Assembly: GCA_951406725.2 (NCBI GenBank)
Contig: OX597823.1
Location: 51,212,001 to 51,276,000 of the forward strand
Origin: Octopus vulgaris
Lineage: Eukaryota
Length of the DNA stretch: 64,000 nt
Direction of reading: 5' to 3'
The notes beneath the pieces were generated by a model, which searched no databases, had not been told where the DNA came from, and saw only the letters and a list, made by a program, of their open reading frames with translations. Shown here piece by piece: positions 12,286 through 25,520 of this stretch. The number at the start of each line of letters is the position of its first letter. Within the stretch, counting starts at the first letter, position 1. The position numbers were made by a program, and so were the translations under genes.

Positions 12286-12523
12286 GACTTACAACTGTTT
12301 ATGATATGCTTTGTACATGCATTGATAGTTGCGTCTACACAATCGGTCGATTGAAAAAATTGAATGACACGTAAACAAAAATTACACGTATACAAAAAGT
12401 CGACAAACTGACTAAATGGAACTATAAACGCATATATAACAAAAACGCAATCATAACTTGATCAGCTGAGTAAACCGAACTATAAACGCACATATAATGC
12501 ATATAAGAAAACAGCTGTAAGTC
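12286..12523. repeat. Imperfect inverted repeat whose outer ends are hammerhead 3' half-motifs
   Basis: GACTTACAACTGTTT (12286-12300) versus GAAAACAGCTGTAAGTC (12507-12523); similarity continues about 65 bp inward. Confidence 0.55.
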
Positions 12524-12643
12524 TGCACAAAGAAATAGATAAATATGTAAAAGCCCAATATTTGTGCCTTTTCTGATATATATTAAGCAATGAGATACAT
12601 GCTGGATTGGCCTTGTTGTTTATATATTTAATCTATGGCGTCC

Positions 12644-12716
12644 CTGTTGAAGAAGACTTCGCCTGGTAAATAAATAAATGTTTATTTAGTAAAATAAGTC
12701 AGAAACCATGGTCCAG
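12644..12716 (+). ncRNA. Type I hammerhead motif with variant UUGAAGA core
   Basis: Stem I CTG/CAG; TTGAAGA; stem II GACTT/AAGTC; GAAAC-CATG-GTC with palindromic stem III and GUC site. Confidence 0.6.
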
Positions 12717-12962
12717 AAATTATATGGTAAATGTTTTCATTTTTCATTCCCTTCGAGAATTTATCCCTAATTAGTGGTTTGGACTTTAAATGTTCTTTTT
12801 AGCGTAAAGGATTCCTATGATGGAAGCCTCTTAATGTGTTTTAATGTACACTGTATTTTATATAATATATTTATATATATATATTCCAAAGTTTAATTAC
12901 ATGTGAATTGTTGGCGATTTTTTAACCCCGTCTTGCTTTTTTCTTGGACTTGCCTCTGTCTC

Positions 12963-13001
12963 CTGTTTCTGAAGAAGAGCTTTGCTCGAAACTTAAAACA
13001 G
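12963..13001 (+). ncRNA. Minimal type I hammerhead motif within a pLTR-like fragment (about 12900-13110)
   Basis: CTGTTT-CTGAAGA-A-GAGC TTT GCTC-GAAA-CTTA-AAACAG: 6-bp stem I, intact core, 4-bp stem II. Confidence 0.75.
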
Positions 13002-13188
13002 TCTTTCTTTCTTTCTCTGAGCGTCTTATTAATACTTTGCATGTACCACATCCTCGCGTTGTCGTTTAATCTCGTGTTTTTTCTTCGTGTTTATTTTTTG
13101 GATTAACTATGTATGTATATATGTATATATATATATATATGTGTGTGTGCGTGTGTGTGTGTATGTGTGTGTGTGTGAATGTATACAT

Positions 13189-13243
<55 letters not shown>

Positions 13244-15287
13244 CATAGCATGCAGTTCTACACAGTTTTCTTCTACTAAGTTTCAAATTTCACCCATGAA
13301 ATATTACCTAAAACTAGCCTTGTCTAACGTACTGACCAGTAAAATCGAATACGTGGATACGAAGCAGTTTTTTTTAATCATACAGATATATGTCTGCACC
13401 AATTTACTAAGTAGCTATCATTTAAAAAAATTCGAATGTTATATATAACCAGCTGAAAAATTCATACAATTCAATAAAGCAATTTTTCATCTCTACAAGT
13501 TGCCTGTTTTGTAATACACGAGGAAAAACGTTTAATTTCCCATTGGCTTATTCTCTATGTAATATTTCAATTTTCGAATACTTTATGTAAACTACACTTT
13601 GGTGAATACTGTAATATCTCACTAAAAAATGAAATTAAATGCTCTTTTACTCATTCTTTAGAACTTAATCGTTCTGATTAACCGAAAATATGAAACATAA
13701 CCGTTGGAAATCAACTAACAAAGCCAAGTTAAACAGAATATACACATTTTTAACTCGGCGGAACAGTATATCGATGACCAATATAGGACAGAATTAAGTG
13801 AGATATTAGTTTTTAAGACAACTAAGTCATTACGTAGTGTTTAGCACTGTCATTTGCAACAAATGTGGTCGTGTCCCAAGGTATATACTGAATGAATATG
13901 TGATTCTGAGGTATATGGCCGAGTAGAGAGTTGCTCAGTGTTCCAAATAATAGACCTTAGAGTAATGTCACAGTAGTTATCCTTGTTGGGAAAGGGACAT
14001 AATCTAACATGTATCCAAAAATCAGTGTACATCACTGCCAACCCCAAAAGATCGATGAATATAGAACGGATAGGGGATCGTTCTAAATGACACAATAGCG
14101 AAAATAGATAGTAGACTATATGAGAGAATAAAGTTAGATGAAGTAAAATGAAATTAATATATAGTAATGGCTGACAAATATAATATATTATGATAATATA
14201 ATACACGGTTGCTGTATACAGTGTTTTTGTCGTTACTAACAGGCCAGACGCGTTGTCCGCAGTGATCGTTGATCTGATGCGCAGGCTTTTCTTACCACTT
14301 ACTTGTTCTTTGCCATTGTGCAAAATCAATCCGTATTTGGCGAAAATGATCAGGAAGGGAGCTCCCTTCTCTATTCCTCTACTTCACGCTTTCCATCATA
14401 TCCCGCAAGCCTCTCTTCTCCCTCCGACGAAGAATAATTTATGAACCAATGTAATTTAAATAGGTTCGAGTCGACTGAATTCTTCTCACACAAGTAAAGA
14501 CAACAAAAATGTATAACAAAATCACTACTAAACATAACATTAGAAATTATTTCAAAATAGCAACAACAACAATAGTAGCCACAACAATAATAATAATGTT
14601 CCGACATGCTGGACACAACCGGTTGCATACTATGGTGGTTGACAAAAAGAAACACTGTAGCTTAATTGACGCCCGTTCCATATAAGAGTAATAAGAACAG
14701 AACGTATACTAACGTGAAGTATGAAATCCTCAAGTGCTGGAACACAGATGTTAATAATGCTCTGATACTGCAAGTTATTTTGGGGTCCATGAGAACTGGC
14801 CGTAAAAGAAATTTATCCTAATCTGTAAATAGTTACAGTACAGAAAGATATTCTCTAGGTCCAGCAAAAATTATCATGGAAACTTTTTACAGAATAATAA
14901 ATACACAATTCAATAATTTTTAAGAACGAACGTTTCTTCTAACCAAAGGTAATAATCTGAAAGCATCTTATTCATAAAACTGAAACAAGAAATGTTTTCA
15001 TACATGAAACTTACTAAACGCATACGATGGCACAAACTATAACGATGATAATGATGACAGTTAACAAGTACTTTAAAGGAGAATTTTTTTTCAGACTTCA
15101 TATATAGTTTGGATGATCTTTACCAATTATATCTGACTTAGAGTGGTAATTGTATTTTCTTGATCTTTGACATTTTACAGATAACATTTAACAATTGGCT
15201 GTTTTCTAAGGTCGGTTATGAATTACATTTGAACATGAAACAATAAAGTATAGTTGTACATAGAACACACACAAGTATGTAAGTATG

Positions 15288-15321
<34 letters not shown>

Positions 15322-15461
15322 CATGTGTGCGTGTGTATGTGTGGGAGGGAGAGAGCCGATGTGTGCCCAAGTGTTTATGCATGTATGCTATAAATATGCA
15401 TATATATATACAAACTTGTGTGTGTGTTTATATATACATGTACACGCACACATACACACAC

Positions 15462-15504
<43 letters not shown>

Positions 15505-16268
15505 AATATGAGAGAGAAGCAGATATAGTTTGTGTGCACGTATATAAGCAAGTGTGTATGCTTGTATGTATAATGTATCTATATGGGCACAGAATGTGTG
15601 TTATCATGTATATGCATTTCGGCATGTTACCTGATATGTTTGGGAATATATAGTTTATACGAATAATAATAATGCGTGCCTATCTTTGCGAATACATACC
15701 TGCATGCGTGTGTGCATGCCTGTGTACGAGTGCCTGGCCTACTGAGAGTTCTATTTATCACTGAATGAGAATATATAAGCTGAAATATTTAAGTATATTA
15801 GTTTACTTGTCTATAAACTACGAAGAATCATTTACAAAAAAAAAAAACACAAAAAAGCACAACAAAAAGTAAAATAAAAAAGTAAAGAAAGCAATAGACA
15901 AAACAAAAAAATAGAACGAAAAAAGAAAAAGAAAAGGCGAAGTGCAAGAAGTCAACATTGCATGTGAGTATTTATGAAGTAGAAAATAACATGGTTCTCA
16001 CATTATCCGCTTGTGATCATTTGCTCCGTGAAAATTTTCCTGAGGGCAATTATGGTTTTACAGAGGTCTCAGTTTCCTCGAGTAAATTCTCAAAGGAAAA
16101 AACAGCAAAACTACCAAACAAAAAAATGTAACAAGAACAGAACCAGTTACAAAAAATACATAAATAAAAATAAAGACAAAACACTACAGCAAATACAAAA
16201 AGCTTCACAAAACGAATGAACCAAATAAATGGCATATATATTACTAGATACTGCCACATATATACATC

Positions 16269-16337
<69 letters not shown>

Positions 16338-16716
16338 CTATATACATATATGTATTATGGCGTATAGTATAAGTGTAGCACTCTTTGTATATGCCTACGA
16401 ACATGTAAGCTGAAATGAGTGCCTTTTGGGGGGTGACGGAAGGTGTAGATAACAACATATTTTGAAGTACATGTACGTGAGTGTAATATATTATTTGAAC
16501 GTGTGTATCTTTATGTATGTATGCTAGAAAGCGACAAACAAAAAGAAAGACAGCTATAAAGATTGGGGCGTACGTGTGCATAAATTTCCAGGAGCTTATA
16601 CGTATATGCGTAGCACAGCAGAGCTTCATTGCTACGAGTATCACTTACGCATATTAACATATCTAAGCACTCTATACTTCACATGTATGTAGTATATACT
16701 CATACGTACACACACG

Positions 16717-16792
<76 letters not shown>

Positions 16793-17026
16793 AGTATGTA
16801 AGTATATGTGAATATGTAGAAACGCATACTCATATACATGTCTCTTATCTGTATATTTATATCTTGAATGTATGCTGAAAGATTGTCTTAGCCCGTTTGC
16901 CTTCTGGCTGTTGATTTCTGTAGTTATTTTCAGTGTATTTTGGTGATTGAAGTAAGAGTTTTGACTGTGATTTCCAGCAGGTAGACATAATTAGTATGTC
17001 CTTTGATTGATTAAAAAAAAATTCTT

Positions 17027-17091
<65 letters not shown>

Positions 17092-17123
17092 GCACGAGTA
17101 TATGCGTGGGTGTGATGAATAAA

Positions 17124-17213
<90 letters not shown>

Positions 17214-17230
17214 ATATATATATATATATA

Positions 17231-17325
17231 TAACAACGCGAGGACGTGGTACATGTAAAGTATTAGCAGACGGTCCGGGAAGGAAAGAAAGATGGTTTAA
17301 CGTTTCGAGCAACGCTCTTCTTCAC
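17231..17325 (-). mobile_element. pLTR-like fragment, same family as 12963-13110, hammerhead truncated at its 5' edge
   Basis: Minus strand TGAAGA-A-GAGC GTT GCTC-GAAACGTT-AAACC...TAATACTTTACATGTACCACGTCCTCGCGTTGT, ending in (TA)n. Confidence 0.75.
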
Positions 17326-17611
17326 TCCTGCTGGGTTTTCAAGCGATCCTTCTCTCCAGGCTAGTCATGCAACATGTTGTGCTGGATTAAGTGTTACCAG
17401 TGGCACTCATCTAAGGACTCATAGATATCCGAACACTTTTGTACACAAACACACACATACACACACATGCACACTCACACACATACATGTGTGAGAAGGA
17501 GAAAGAGAGATTTTGGGTGTTGTGTGCTAATGTATTTGTAACAAGGCAACATTATTAAAGTATCAATGAAAATAAAGAATATTAAATACATGTGTTACAA
17601 ATTTGAAGGTG

Positions 17612-17808
17612 GGTTAGCTGGCAGAATCCAGGGCAAAATGCTCAGCGGCATTTCGTTCGTCTTTCATTTCTGATTTGAAATTCTGCAGAGATTGACTTTA
17701 CCTTTCATCGTTTTAGAAGCCGATGAAATAAGAACCAGTTGACCACTGGGGTTGACTCATTTACTTCCCTAAAATTGTTGGCCTTGTACCAAAACTTGAA
17801 ATCAATAT
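17612..17808 (+). mobile_element. SINE family B
   Basis: AGCTGGCAGAATC...GACTTTACCTTTCATCG...CTGGGGTTGA...GGCCTTGTACCAAAACTTGAAATC. Confidence 0.8.
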
Positions 17809-17977
17809 TAGTTGTATGCACAGCTGTGGCATATTGTAACATAACTACGAAATGTAATGGCAAAAATTAGCAGATTGTGATACTAAACTGAAAACTATGG
17901 TAGGATAGGTCCAACAGCATTTTGTTCGATGAAACACATATACAGAATGCTTGTTATGCTTATGATGTGAGTACTCA

Positions 17978-18351
17978 TTTATTTGTTTCTGTCATTTGAC
18001 TGTGGCCATGCTGGAGCACCGTCATTAGTCGAGCAAATCGTCCCCATGACTTATTCTTTGTAAGCCTAGTACTTATTCTATCGGTCTCTTTTGCTGAACC
18101 GCTAAGTTACGGGGACGTAAACACACCAGCACCGGTTGTCAAACACAGACACAAACGTATACACACACATGCATATATATATATATACATATATACGACG
18201 GGCTTCTTTCCGTTTACGTCTACCAAATCCACTCACAAGGCTTTGGTCGGCTCGAGTCTATAATAGAAGACACTTTCCCAAGGTGCCACACAGTGGAACT
18301 GAACTCAGAACCATGTTGTTCGTAAGCAAGCTACTTACCACACAGCTACTC
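17978..18351 (-). mobile_element. SINE family A, full length
   Basis: Reverse complement of the 9212-9596 structure. Confidence 0.9.
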
Positions 18352-18436
18352 AGAAAAATATGACAAATATAACTACCATGGGCAGATTTCGGTTATATGC
18401 ATCTACTCTGCCTCTTTCATTTTTCTATTTTGTAAA

Positions 18437-19325
18437 CTAGCTGAGTTATCCGGTAATAGTCGGGAGCGGAGATTTTCTCAGTACCCATTACTATGCCTAA
18501 TTTCTCTCGGACGAAAAATTAAATCAAAGCATAGGACAGATTGTAGAAGACGTGAGCAAATTCATTCGCGAAACAATAATACAAATAAATACATGTGGAA
18601 TCGGAAAATGACAATCGTTTGGTCTGATGAGTGGAAAGCTGCAAATATATAATCAATGGAAGCATCAAGAATGGAATTGTAAAGGAGTGCTATGAAAAAA
18701 AAAAAAAGTTTGAAAAGTAAAAAAAAAATTATTTAGAAAAAAATGATTTTATATTTATACAAACTGCTGGAGTGCAGAGACGACAACGCGGCGGTCATAA
18801 TAGTCGTATGATGCTATGAGGAGGAAAACAATGCATACGATTTTCGTCATGTAACAGCAACCTGAGAATGCTGAAATAATTGATGAACATTTTAACCCAA
18901 CAACAATTTAGGCCAAAATTTCGTTAATCTGTTAATCACAAATCATCGTACACTTTACCTGAGTAGCCTAGGTAAAAATTCATTTGCCTAAACCCATCCT
19001 TAGCGCATATTCCATCTGTGTATAAAATTTCAAGAAAACCGGTAGAAAACTTTAAAATTTATGACAGAAAATAAAATTCCCATAAGAATTTGCATTGAAA
19101 TGTCCCACTGACTTTTGAAAAATCGATGTTACTTAAAAATTACCAATTTAAAAAAAAAAATCCAAAAGTGCGTAGGTGACTGCACAAGTTTCCCCCACCA
19201 CCACACACGTGTCAAGTTTTTAAAAAATCGGTTGGGATAGTCTCGGAAGAGAAAAAGTAACAAACTCACAAACGCACACGCACAGCCACAAACAGACAGA
19301 AATTGCCATTTATGTATATAAATGA
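18437..19325 (-). mobile_element. Non-autonomous Helitron
   Basis: Minus strand begins A|TCATTTATATACATAAATGGCAATTTCTGTCTG...CCAACCGATTTTTTAAAAACTTGACAC (resembles the 5' end of 1382-1766); ends with hairpin CCGACTATTACCGG then CTAG|T. Confidence 0.8.
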
Positions 19326-19416
19326 TGACTATGGTGTACTTAAATAATTTTGAAGATTTATATGTAGGAGAACGTTTACAAACATTTACGTTTACAAACA
19401 TTATTCGCAGAAAAAT

Positions 19417-19417
<1 letters not shown>

Positions 19418-19474
<57 letters not shown>

Positions 19475-19484
19475 TAATAATAAT
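19418..19484. repeat. (AAT)n microsatellite
   Basis: Read directly. Confidence 0.95.
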
Positions 19485-19786
19485 GTGTTGAGAGGGATTC
19501 TTTGGGGTTTGAATAATTCACCTCTGGAAACATGGGTGGTTCTTTCAACATCCTTAAACAATCTTTATTCAGGAACCTTTTGAGCGGGATGGATTACTTA
19601 ACTAGAAGAAAATTCTAACTGGGCCCCATCTGCAAGGTCATGTGCTGTTTATCTTGATATGAGATCACCATGTCGCGCACATATGGTTGTGATGCCTGTG
19701 CCTGGTGTACCCTTATCAGACGGGTAGTCATGATGGGTATATTTTACCCCAGTGTCACTTTGATGGCATGCACTGCTCTCTCACTC
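19485..19786. mobile_element. Unclassified 302-bp element inserted in an (AAT)n array
   Basis: Higher-GC block with sharp boundaries and in-phase (AAT)n on both sides. Confidence 0.55.
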
Positions 19787-19889
19787 AATAATAATAATAA
19801 TAATAATAATAATTAAAATAGCAATAATAATAATAATAATAATAATAAGAAGAAGAAGAAGAACAACAACAACAACAACAACAACAACA

Positions 19890-20303
19890 ATCCTTCCTAC
19901 TATTGGTCCAAGGCCTGAAATTTTAGTGGGAGTGGCTAGTCGACTACATTGACTCCAGTGCTTATTTTATCTACCTTGAAAGTAGGAAAGGCAATCCTTA
20001 CCTCGGTAGTATTTTCCGCTAAGCATCTTGTCCGGTGTGCTAACGGTTCTGCCAGTTCGCCGTTCTTAGACAATAATACTTACAGTAATGATTTCAAATT
20101 TTGCCACAAGGTCAGTAATTTGGGGGGAGAGGGTAAGTCGGTTACATGAACGCCAGTGCTCCACTGATACTTATTTTATCGATCCTGAAAGGATGAAAAG
20201 CATAGTCTACTGTCTCGGCGGAATTTGAACACCGAACGTAAAGACTGACGAAATGTCTCTAAGCATTTTGTCCGACATACTTACGATTCAGTCAGGCTTG
20301 CCG
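19890..20303 (-). mobile_element. Two tandem SINE family B copies (19890-20065, 20088-20303)
   Basis: Both carry reverse-complement family B motifs (GTCGACTACATTGACTCCAGTG; GAAAGGATGAAA; TTCTGCCAGTTCGCCG). Confidence 0.8.
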
Positions 20304-20310
20304 TTCTCAG

Positions 20311-20484
<174 letters not shown>

Positions 20485-21371
20485 CAAAAACAAAAAATAA
20501 ATAATTCGAAAATTTTGTCTTCCATTTATCAAAATAATGTCTGAGAATCGTAGAAACAGCTGCCCGATGTCACTACCATATAAGAGGGTCATCAGTATCT
20601 TAGTGGTTATTTTGTCACGGAAACAGTAAAAAAAAAAAAAAGTGCGATAACAGGACACAACCAGTTATTAATACTCGAACTTGGAGTCTGGCGAAGGCAA
20701 ACAACAAACGCCCATTAACCTGATTTTCTCTCTTCCTAACCCTGGCTATCTCTCTTCAATAACACAATGCTACAAGCAGTTCCATAATGTTGCAGCTATT
20801 CTGTATAAAATGTATAAACGGAAGACTTTCAGCAATATTAAGTGCCTCCGGCTATGACACAGATGCATAGGAGAAGGGATGTAGATATTATTATTATTTA
20901 TTTTTGGTGTCAGATATTTCTAGCTAGCGATCGACTACATCATGGTTTCTGCTGTTATTACACACGGACTTTACTTTATTTTTATTTTTCTCTCTTCACT
21001 ACATCTACCGTTGCCAGTACTTATGGCAGCATCCCTCGACCTCACCTCGACACTTCTGTCACGTACTGCTTTGCTGAGACTTTCTTGTTAACTCCCTTTT
21101 AGTCGGCATTCTCCTTTAACTCAATCCTCGCATACACCAGTCTCCTTCGCCCCCTCATATTTATTAGTGCAAATTCACAATGTTTTAGAGCTTTCTGCCA
21201 CCACACCCCAGCGCTTGATGCTATTTGCATTTGTCACAGAACGATAAAGATAGATATAACAACAAATATTAGGTAACTCATAGACATTCACTAGACACCA
21301 ACCATAAACCATTGAAGAAACGATGGTAGTTGTGAATATGTATAGAGGAAAAGTGAAAAAAGAAATAAATA

Positions 21372-21837
21372 GTAAGGAAACTGCTGAGATACAAACATCC
21401 AAGTGATTTGATGTATACAGAAGCATTCTTATATAAGATAATCTAGGTACACGGAAAGCAAGGGTATGCATAAAATCTTTAGACACTTGGATACGGCGTT
21501 ACCATTTTGACGGCACAAAAGACTCATCATAGTCTTTCCTAGCTTTATTGATATTCTCGGTCTCACCCCGACCATCTTACCAACCAGTTTTACTATTTTA
21601 ACTATTTTCCCTCATATCTGTCAATTCCATTCTAGTTGTTGTCGTTTTTTCATTCTGTGCTCTCCTCCCGTTCTTCGTGATCCTCGTTCTTCATTCACCA
21701 CAATTTTTCCCTTTATTAAAACATTTCTAACTGCTCCACGCCGTCTTATATCTGAACTTTAAGTCGAACGCCTGTCCGTCCCCCCAGTAAAATTCATAAT
21801 GTAATTTCCCTCAGTAGACATTGATGTGGTTTCAGCA
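21372..21837 (+). repeat. Direct repeat copy 1 (about 465 bp)
   Basis: GTAAGGAAACTGCTGAGATACAAAC...GACATTGATGTGGTTTCAGCA recurs at 23636-24081. Confidence 0.95.
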
Positions 21838-22831
21838 GGGACGCTGTCTGCTAGCTACGTAAAGTGGCTACAAAACATTAGTTTGTCCATCTTTCTGTCT
21901 TAGTCATCGGCACTGACCTTACTAGGTAACAATATTAGCACATTCCTCTGACCAATAACAGATTAGATTCACTCGTCCCCTTCTCTACAGATCTCTTACT
22001 CTCTCTCTACCCCACCCTCGTCGCATATGTATGCATGCATATATGTATTTATGGATTTATGAATGCATATACAAGTGCGTATGTTTCTGTGTATTGTCGT
22101 TGTATACACATATATACAAATACACACACACACACATATATATGTACAAATACACACACACACTTATGGTATGTCATGTATGTGCAACCGTCAAATTAAT
22201 TTAGGTGCTTGACCTATTCCCAGAATGGTCTTCATAATGGACAATAATATAAGAAACCTTTTTTTTTTTTTTGGTATTTTTCAATCTTGCTTTTTCTATT
22301 ACTTCCTCCTTATACTGGATATTAATTTTTTTTTCTCATTACTAATGCGTTGATTCCTGTCTATTGTCAAAAAGCCATATAGAAATAGGGATATCTTAAT
22401 ATCTGTTTCTATATTTAGATATATGAAAATCCAAACTTATATGTATGCCTATTTTTTTATATATGTACTACATATATAACTTTATGTGCCTATATACGCG
22501 CGCGCGTGTGTGTATGCATATATATATATATGTGTGTGTGTGTGTGCGTCTGTGTGTGTGGAGACATATATATATATATATATATACATAAATACATACA
22601 CATCAGGCATACATACATACATACATACATGAGGGGGCGCCTCAGAGCGTATGGTGTATTTATACTTTTTGCTGCAAGCGAGATTTTCCCTTCAAGGTAA
22701 ACTGCAGTCTTTAGGAATTAAATATCTCAAGCATATTTTAACAAATCTAATCTACACACACATACACACACACACTCACCTGTACGTGTTGTATCGTGTA
22801 TGACTGTATGCATGTATGTATGTGTATTCAT

Positions 22832-22863
<32 letters not shown>

Positions 22864-23043
22864 TATAAATACGCATATTAAAAGTTCTCTGGAAATAAGA
22901 CTTGTTATAGATTTCCTTCTAATTCTACTAAAAGTATTCAGAAGACTTTAGCTTAGCCTTACTTCTCCTCTCACATCCGTCTCTTCTCCAACTTTCACCT
23001 TATATTCTCTCTTAATTGGTCTTTTATTATTATCTCACTATGA

Positions 23044-23044
<1 letters not shown>

Positions 23045-23075
<31 letters not shown>

Positions 23076-23082
23076 GTATATA

Positions 23083-23161
<79 letters not shown>

Positions 23162-23250
23162 GTATGTATATATATATGTAAGTATATGCATATGGATATG
23201 TAAATATATATATATGTGTGTGTGTATGTATATGTGTTTGTGTATGTGTG
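23045..23250. repeat. (TA)n/(TG)n microsatellite
   Basis: Read directly. Confidence 0.95.
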
Positions 23251-23635
23251 TGTGCTTTACTGCACCTATCTTGTTTTTCTCTTCCTCTCTTGCTGTGTTC
23301 TTGCTCCCTTTCTCACTCCTAGTTCGATTCTTTGTAATATTCTTTCACAACTCTGTAGTTGCGTTCAGTTTTTGCAATATTATCATTTACGTCTCCACCC
23401 CGACACACGAATTTACTCGCTCATATATTGTATCTTTTAATACATTCAAAGTGTTGCGTTTTTATACATGTAAGTTCCTATCAACACATACACACACACA
23501 GGTACACACATATGCATGCACTAAAGTATGTCCACCAACAATGCATACATATACATGTATGTACATATGTACATAACTATATATATATCCTTGTACATGT
23601 AAATAAGTATATATGTGACTGTGTGTGTATGTATG

Positions 23636-24081
23636 GTAAGGAAACTGCTGAGATACAAACTTCCAAGAGATTTGATGTATACAGAAGCATTTTTATATAA
23701 GATAACCTAGGCATACGAAAAGCAAGCGTATGCATAAAATCTTTAGACACTTGGATACGGTATTACCAATTTGACGGCACAAAAGACTTATCATTGTCTT
23801 TCCTAGCCTTATTGATATTCTCGGTCTCACCCCGACCATCTTACCAACCAGTTTTACTATTTTAACTATTTTCCCTCATATCTGTCAATTCCATTCTAGT
23901 TGTTGTCGTTTTTTTCATTTTGTGCTCTCCTCCCGTTCTTCGTGATCCTCGTTATTCATTCACAACATTTCTAACTGCTCCACACCGTCTTATATCTGAA
24001 CTTTAAGTCGAACGCCTGTCCGTCCCCCCAGTAAAATTCATAATGTAATTTCCCTCAGTAGACATTGATGTGGTTTCAGCA
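23636..24081 (+). repeat. Direct repeat copy 2 (about 445 bp)
   Basis: Near-identical to 21372-21837 except a deletion of about 20 bp; flanked by TG/TA microsatellite. Confidence 0.95.
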
Positions 24082-24871
24082 TATATACACATATATATGT
24101 GTATATATATTTATATATACATATAAACATACAATATACAACAGAAACTCGCTCAAACACATGTATATATAAAAATGATTTTGTAGGTATGTATGTCATT
24201 GTTCAGTTTTATATAAAGGATTGCTTGCCAATAGAGAAAGAGCCGGTAAGAGCCGGTATGTATGTATGTATGTATGTATGCATGTATGTATGTATGTATG
24301 TGTGTGTGTGTGTCTGTGTGTGAATGTGTGTAAAATATTTTGTATGTATATATATGTATATGTGGTGTGCGTATGTGTATATGTGTGGGGGAATATGTTT
24401 GTAAGGGATAGGTTGATGGCATAGTTCAAAACACAATTCCCCAATTTTTCCAATTTGCTAAGTTGCAATATTCTCGGCATGGCACTCAAAACAAACTCAA
24501 TATTTTCATATTCTGTAGAAAATACTCTGTGTTTAGAATAATCTTAATCTTTAATATCTGTACTTCATGAAAAGCCCTGTTTAAATATTGTGATACTGCA
24601 AGGAAGAATGGACCATTCCGTTTTAAGATAACAGTATACTTTAGAAAATATAATCACTATAAAAATAGAAAATATAATTCATATTCATATTTCTAGAGAT
24701 AGAAAAATCCTTTTTACGAAAACTTCCAGATAAGGAAGTACAATTCTCAGCAAATTTGCATGCACTGACCTTGCTATAATCGATAACTCTTAATGAGGCT
24801 CCGTTTCCCTACGAATTCATCTAAAACTGCCCCTGGGTTATTGATATAAACTATCTCTTTTAAGGTAAAAA

Positions 24872-25128
24872 CTCCCTTCGGACACGAATGATCGTGGGAT
24901 TGCACCTAGAAAGTTACCCTCCGAGGCATATGTCTAGGCAAGGTTGTTTATGGAAGACCAGCAGTTGCCCATGCATACCAGCATCCTGCCTCGACGCTGA
25001 GTGAACTGGAGCAACGTGAAACAAAGTGTCTTGCTTAAAAACACAACACACTGCCCCGTCTGGGAATCGAACTCACTACCTCATGATTGTGAGCCCAACG
25101 TTCTAACCACGGAGCCCTGCGCCTTCAC
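24872..25128 (-). mobile_element. SINE family C, tail type 3, with internal deletion
   Basis: Head GAAGGCGCAGGGCTCCGTGGTTAG on the minus strand; tail CCCTTCGG..CATG..GGGATTGCACCTAGAAAGTTACC as at 50394-50724. Confidence 0.85.
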
Positions 25129-25284
25129 TCTTTTAAACTTATCTAAGTTAAAACCTTTTATGTTAAGTTATTTTACATTATTTTTTTATTATTTACAAAA
25201 AGGCTTTCAGCAGAAACAGGATAGCTAAAGGTGTATATATGCGGTATCGTTTTCCATATGTGTATGTATCACATAAAAGTTCAA

Positions 25285-25520
25285 AGTTCCTTCCCGAGTC
25301 GTACAGACTCATAGGTCTGGTTTCCCGGTTTCCATGGCGTATATATTCCTCACCTTGATGGTGACGCCACTCCGTCGCAGGATTATTCCTTTTCACCAGC
25401 TGAGCGAACTAAAGCAGCATGTAATGAAGTATTTTTGCTTAAGAAGACAACACGGGAATCGAAACCACAATCTTACGATCATGAATCCATTACCCTAACC
25501 ACTAAGCCACACGCCTCCAC
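25285..25520 (-). mobile_element. SINE family C, tail type 2
   Basis: Head TGGAGGCGTGTGGCTTAGTGGTTAGGG, B box GTTTCGATTCC; tail as at 62400-62655. Confidence 0.85.

Noticed and set aside
13850-14460. 159-aa ORF and a GTAAGT donor-like site on the minus strand
   Set aside because: No recognisable protein and no matching acceptor established
18620-18645. CTGATGAGTGGAAAGC hammerhead-like string inside the Helitron
   Set aside because: No stem II or stem I pairing
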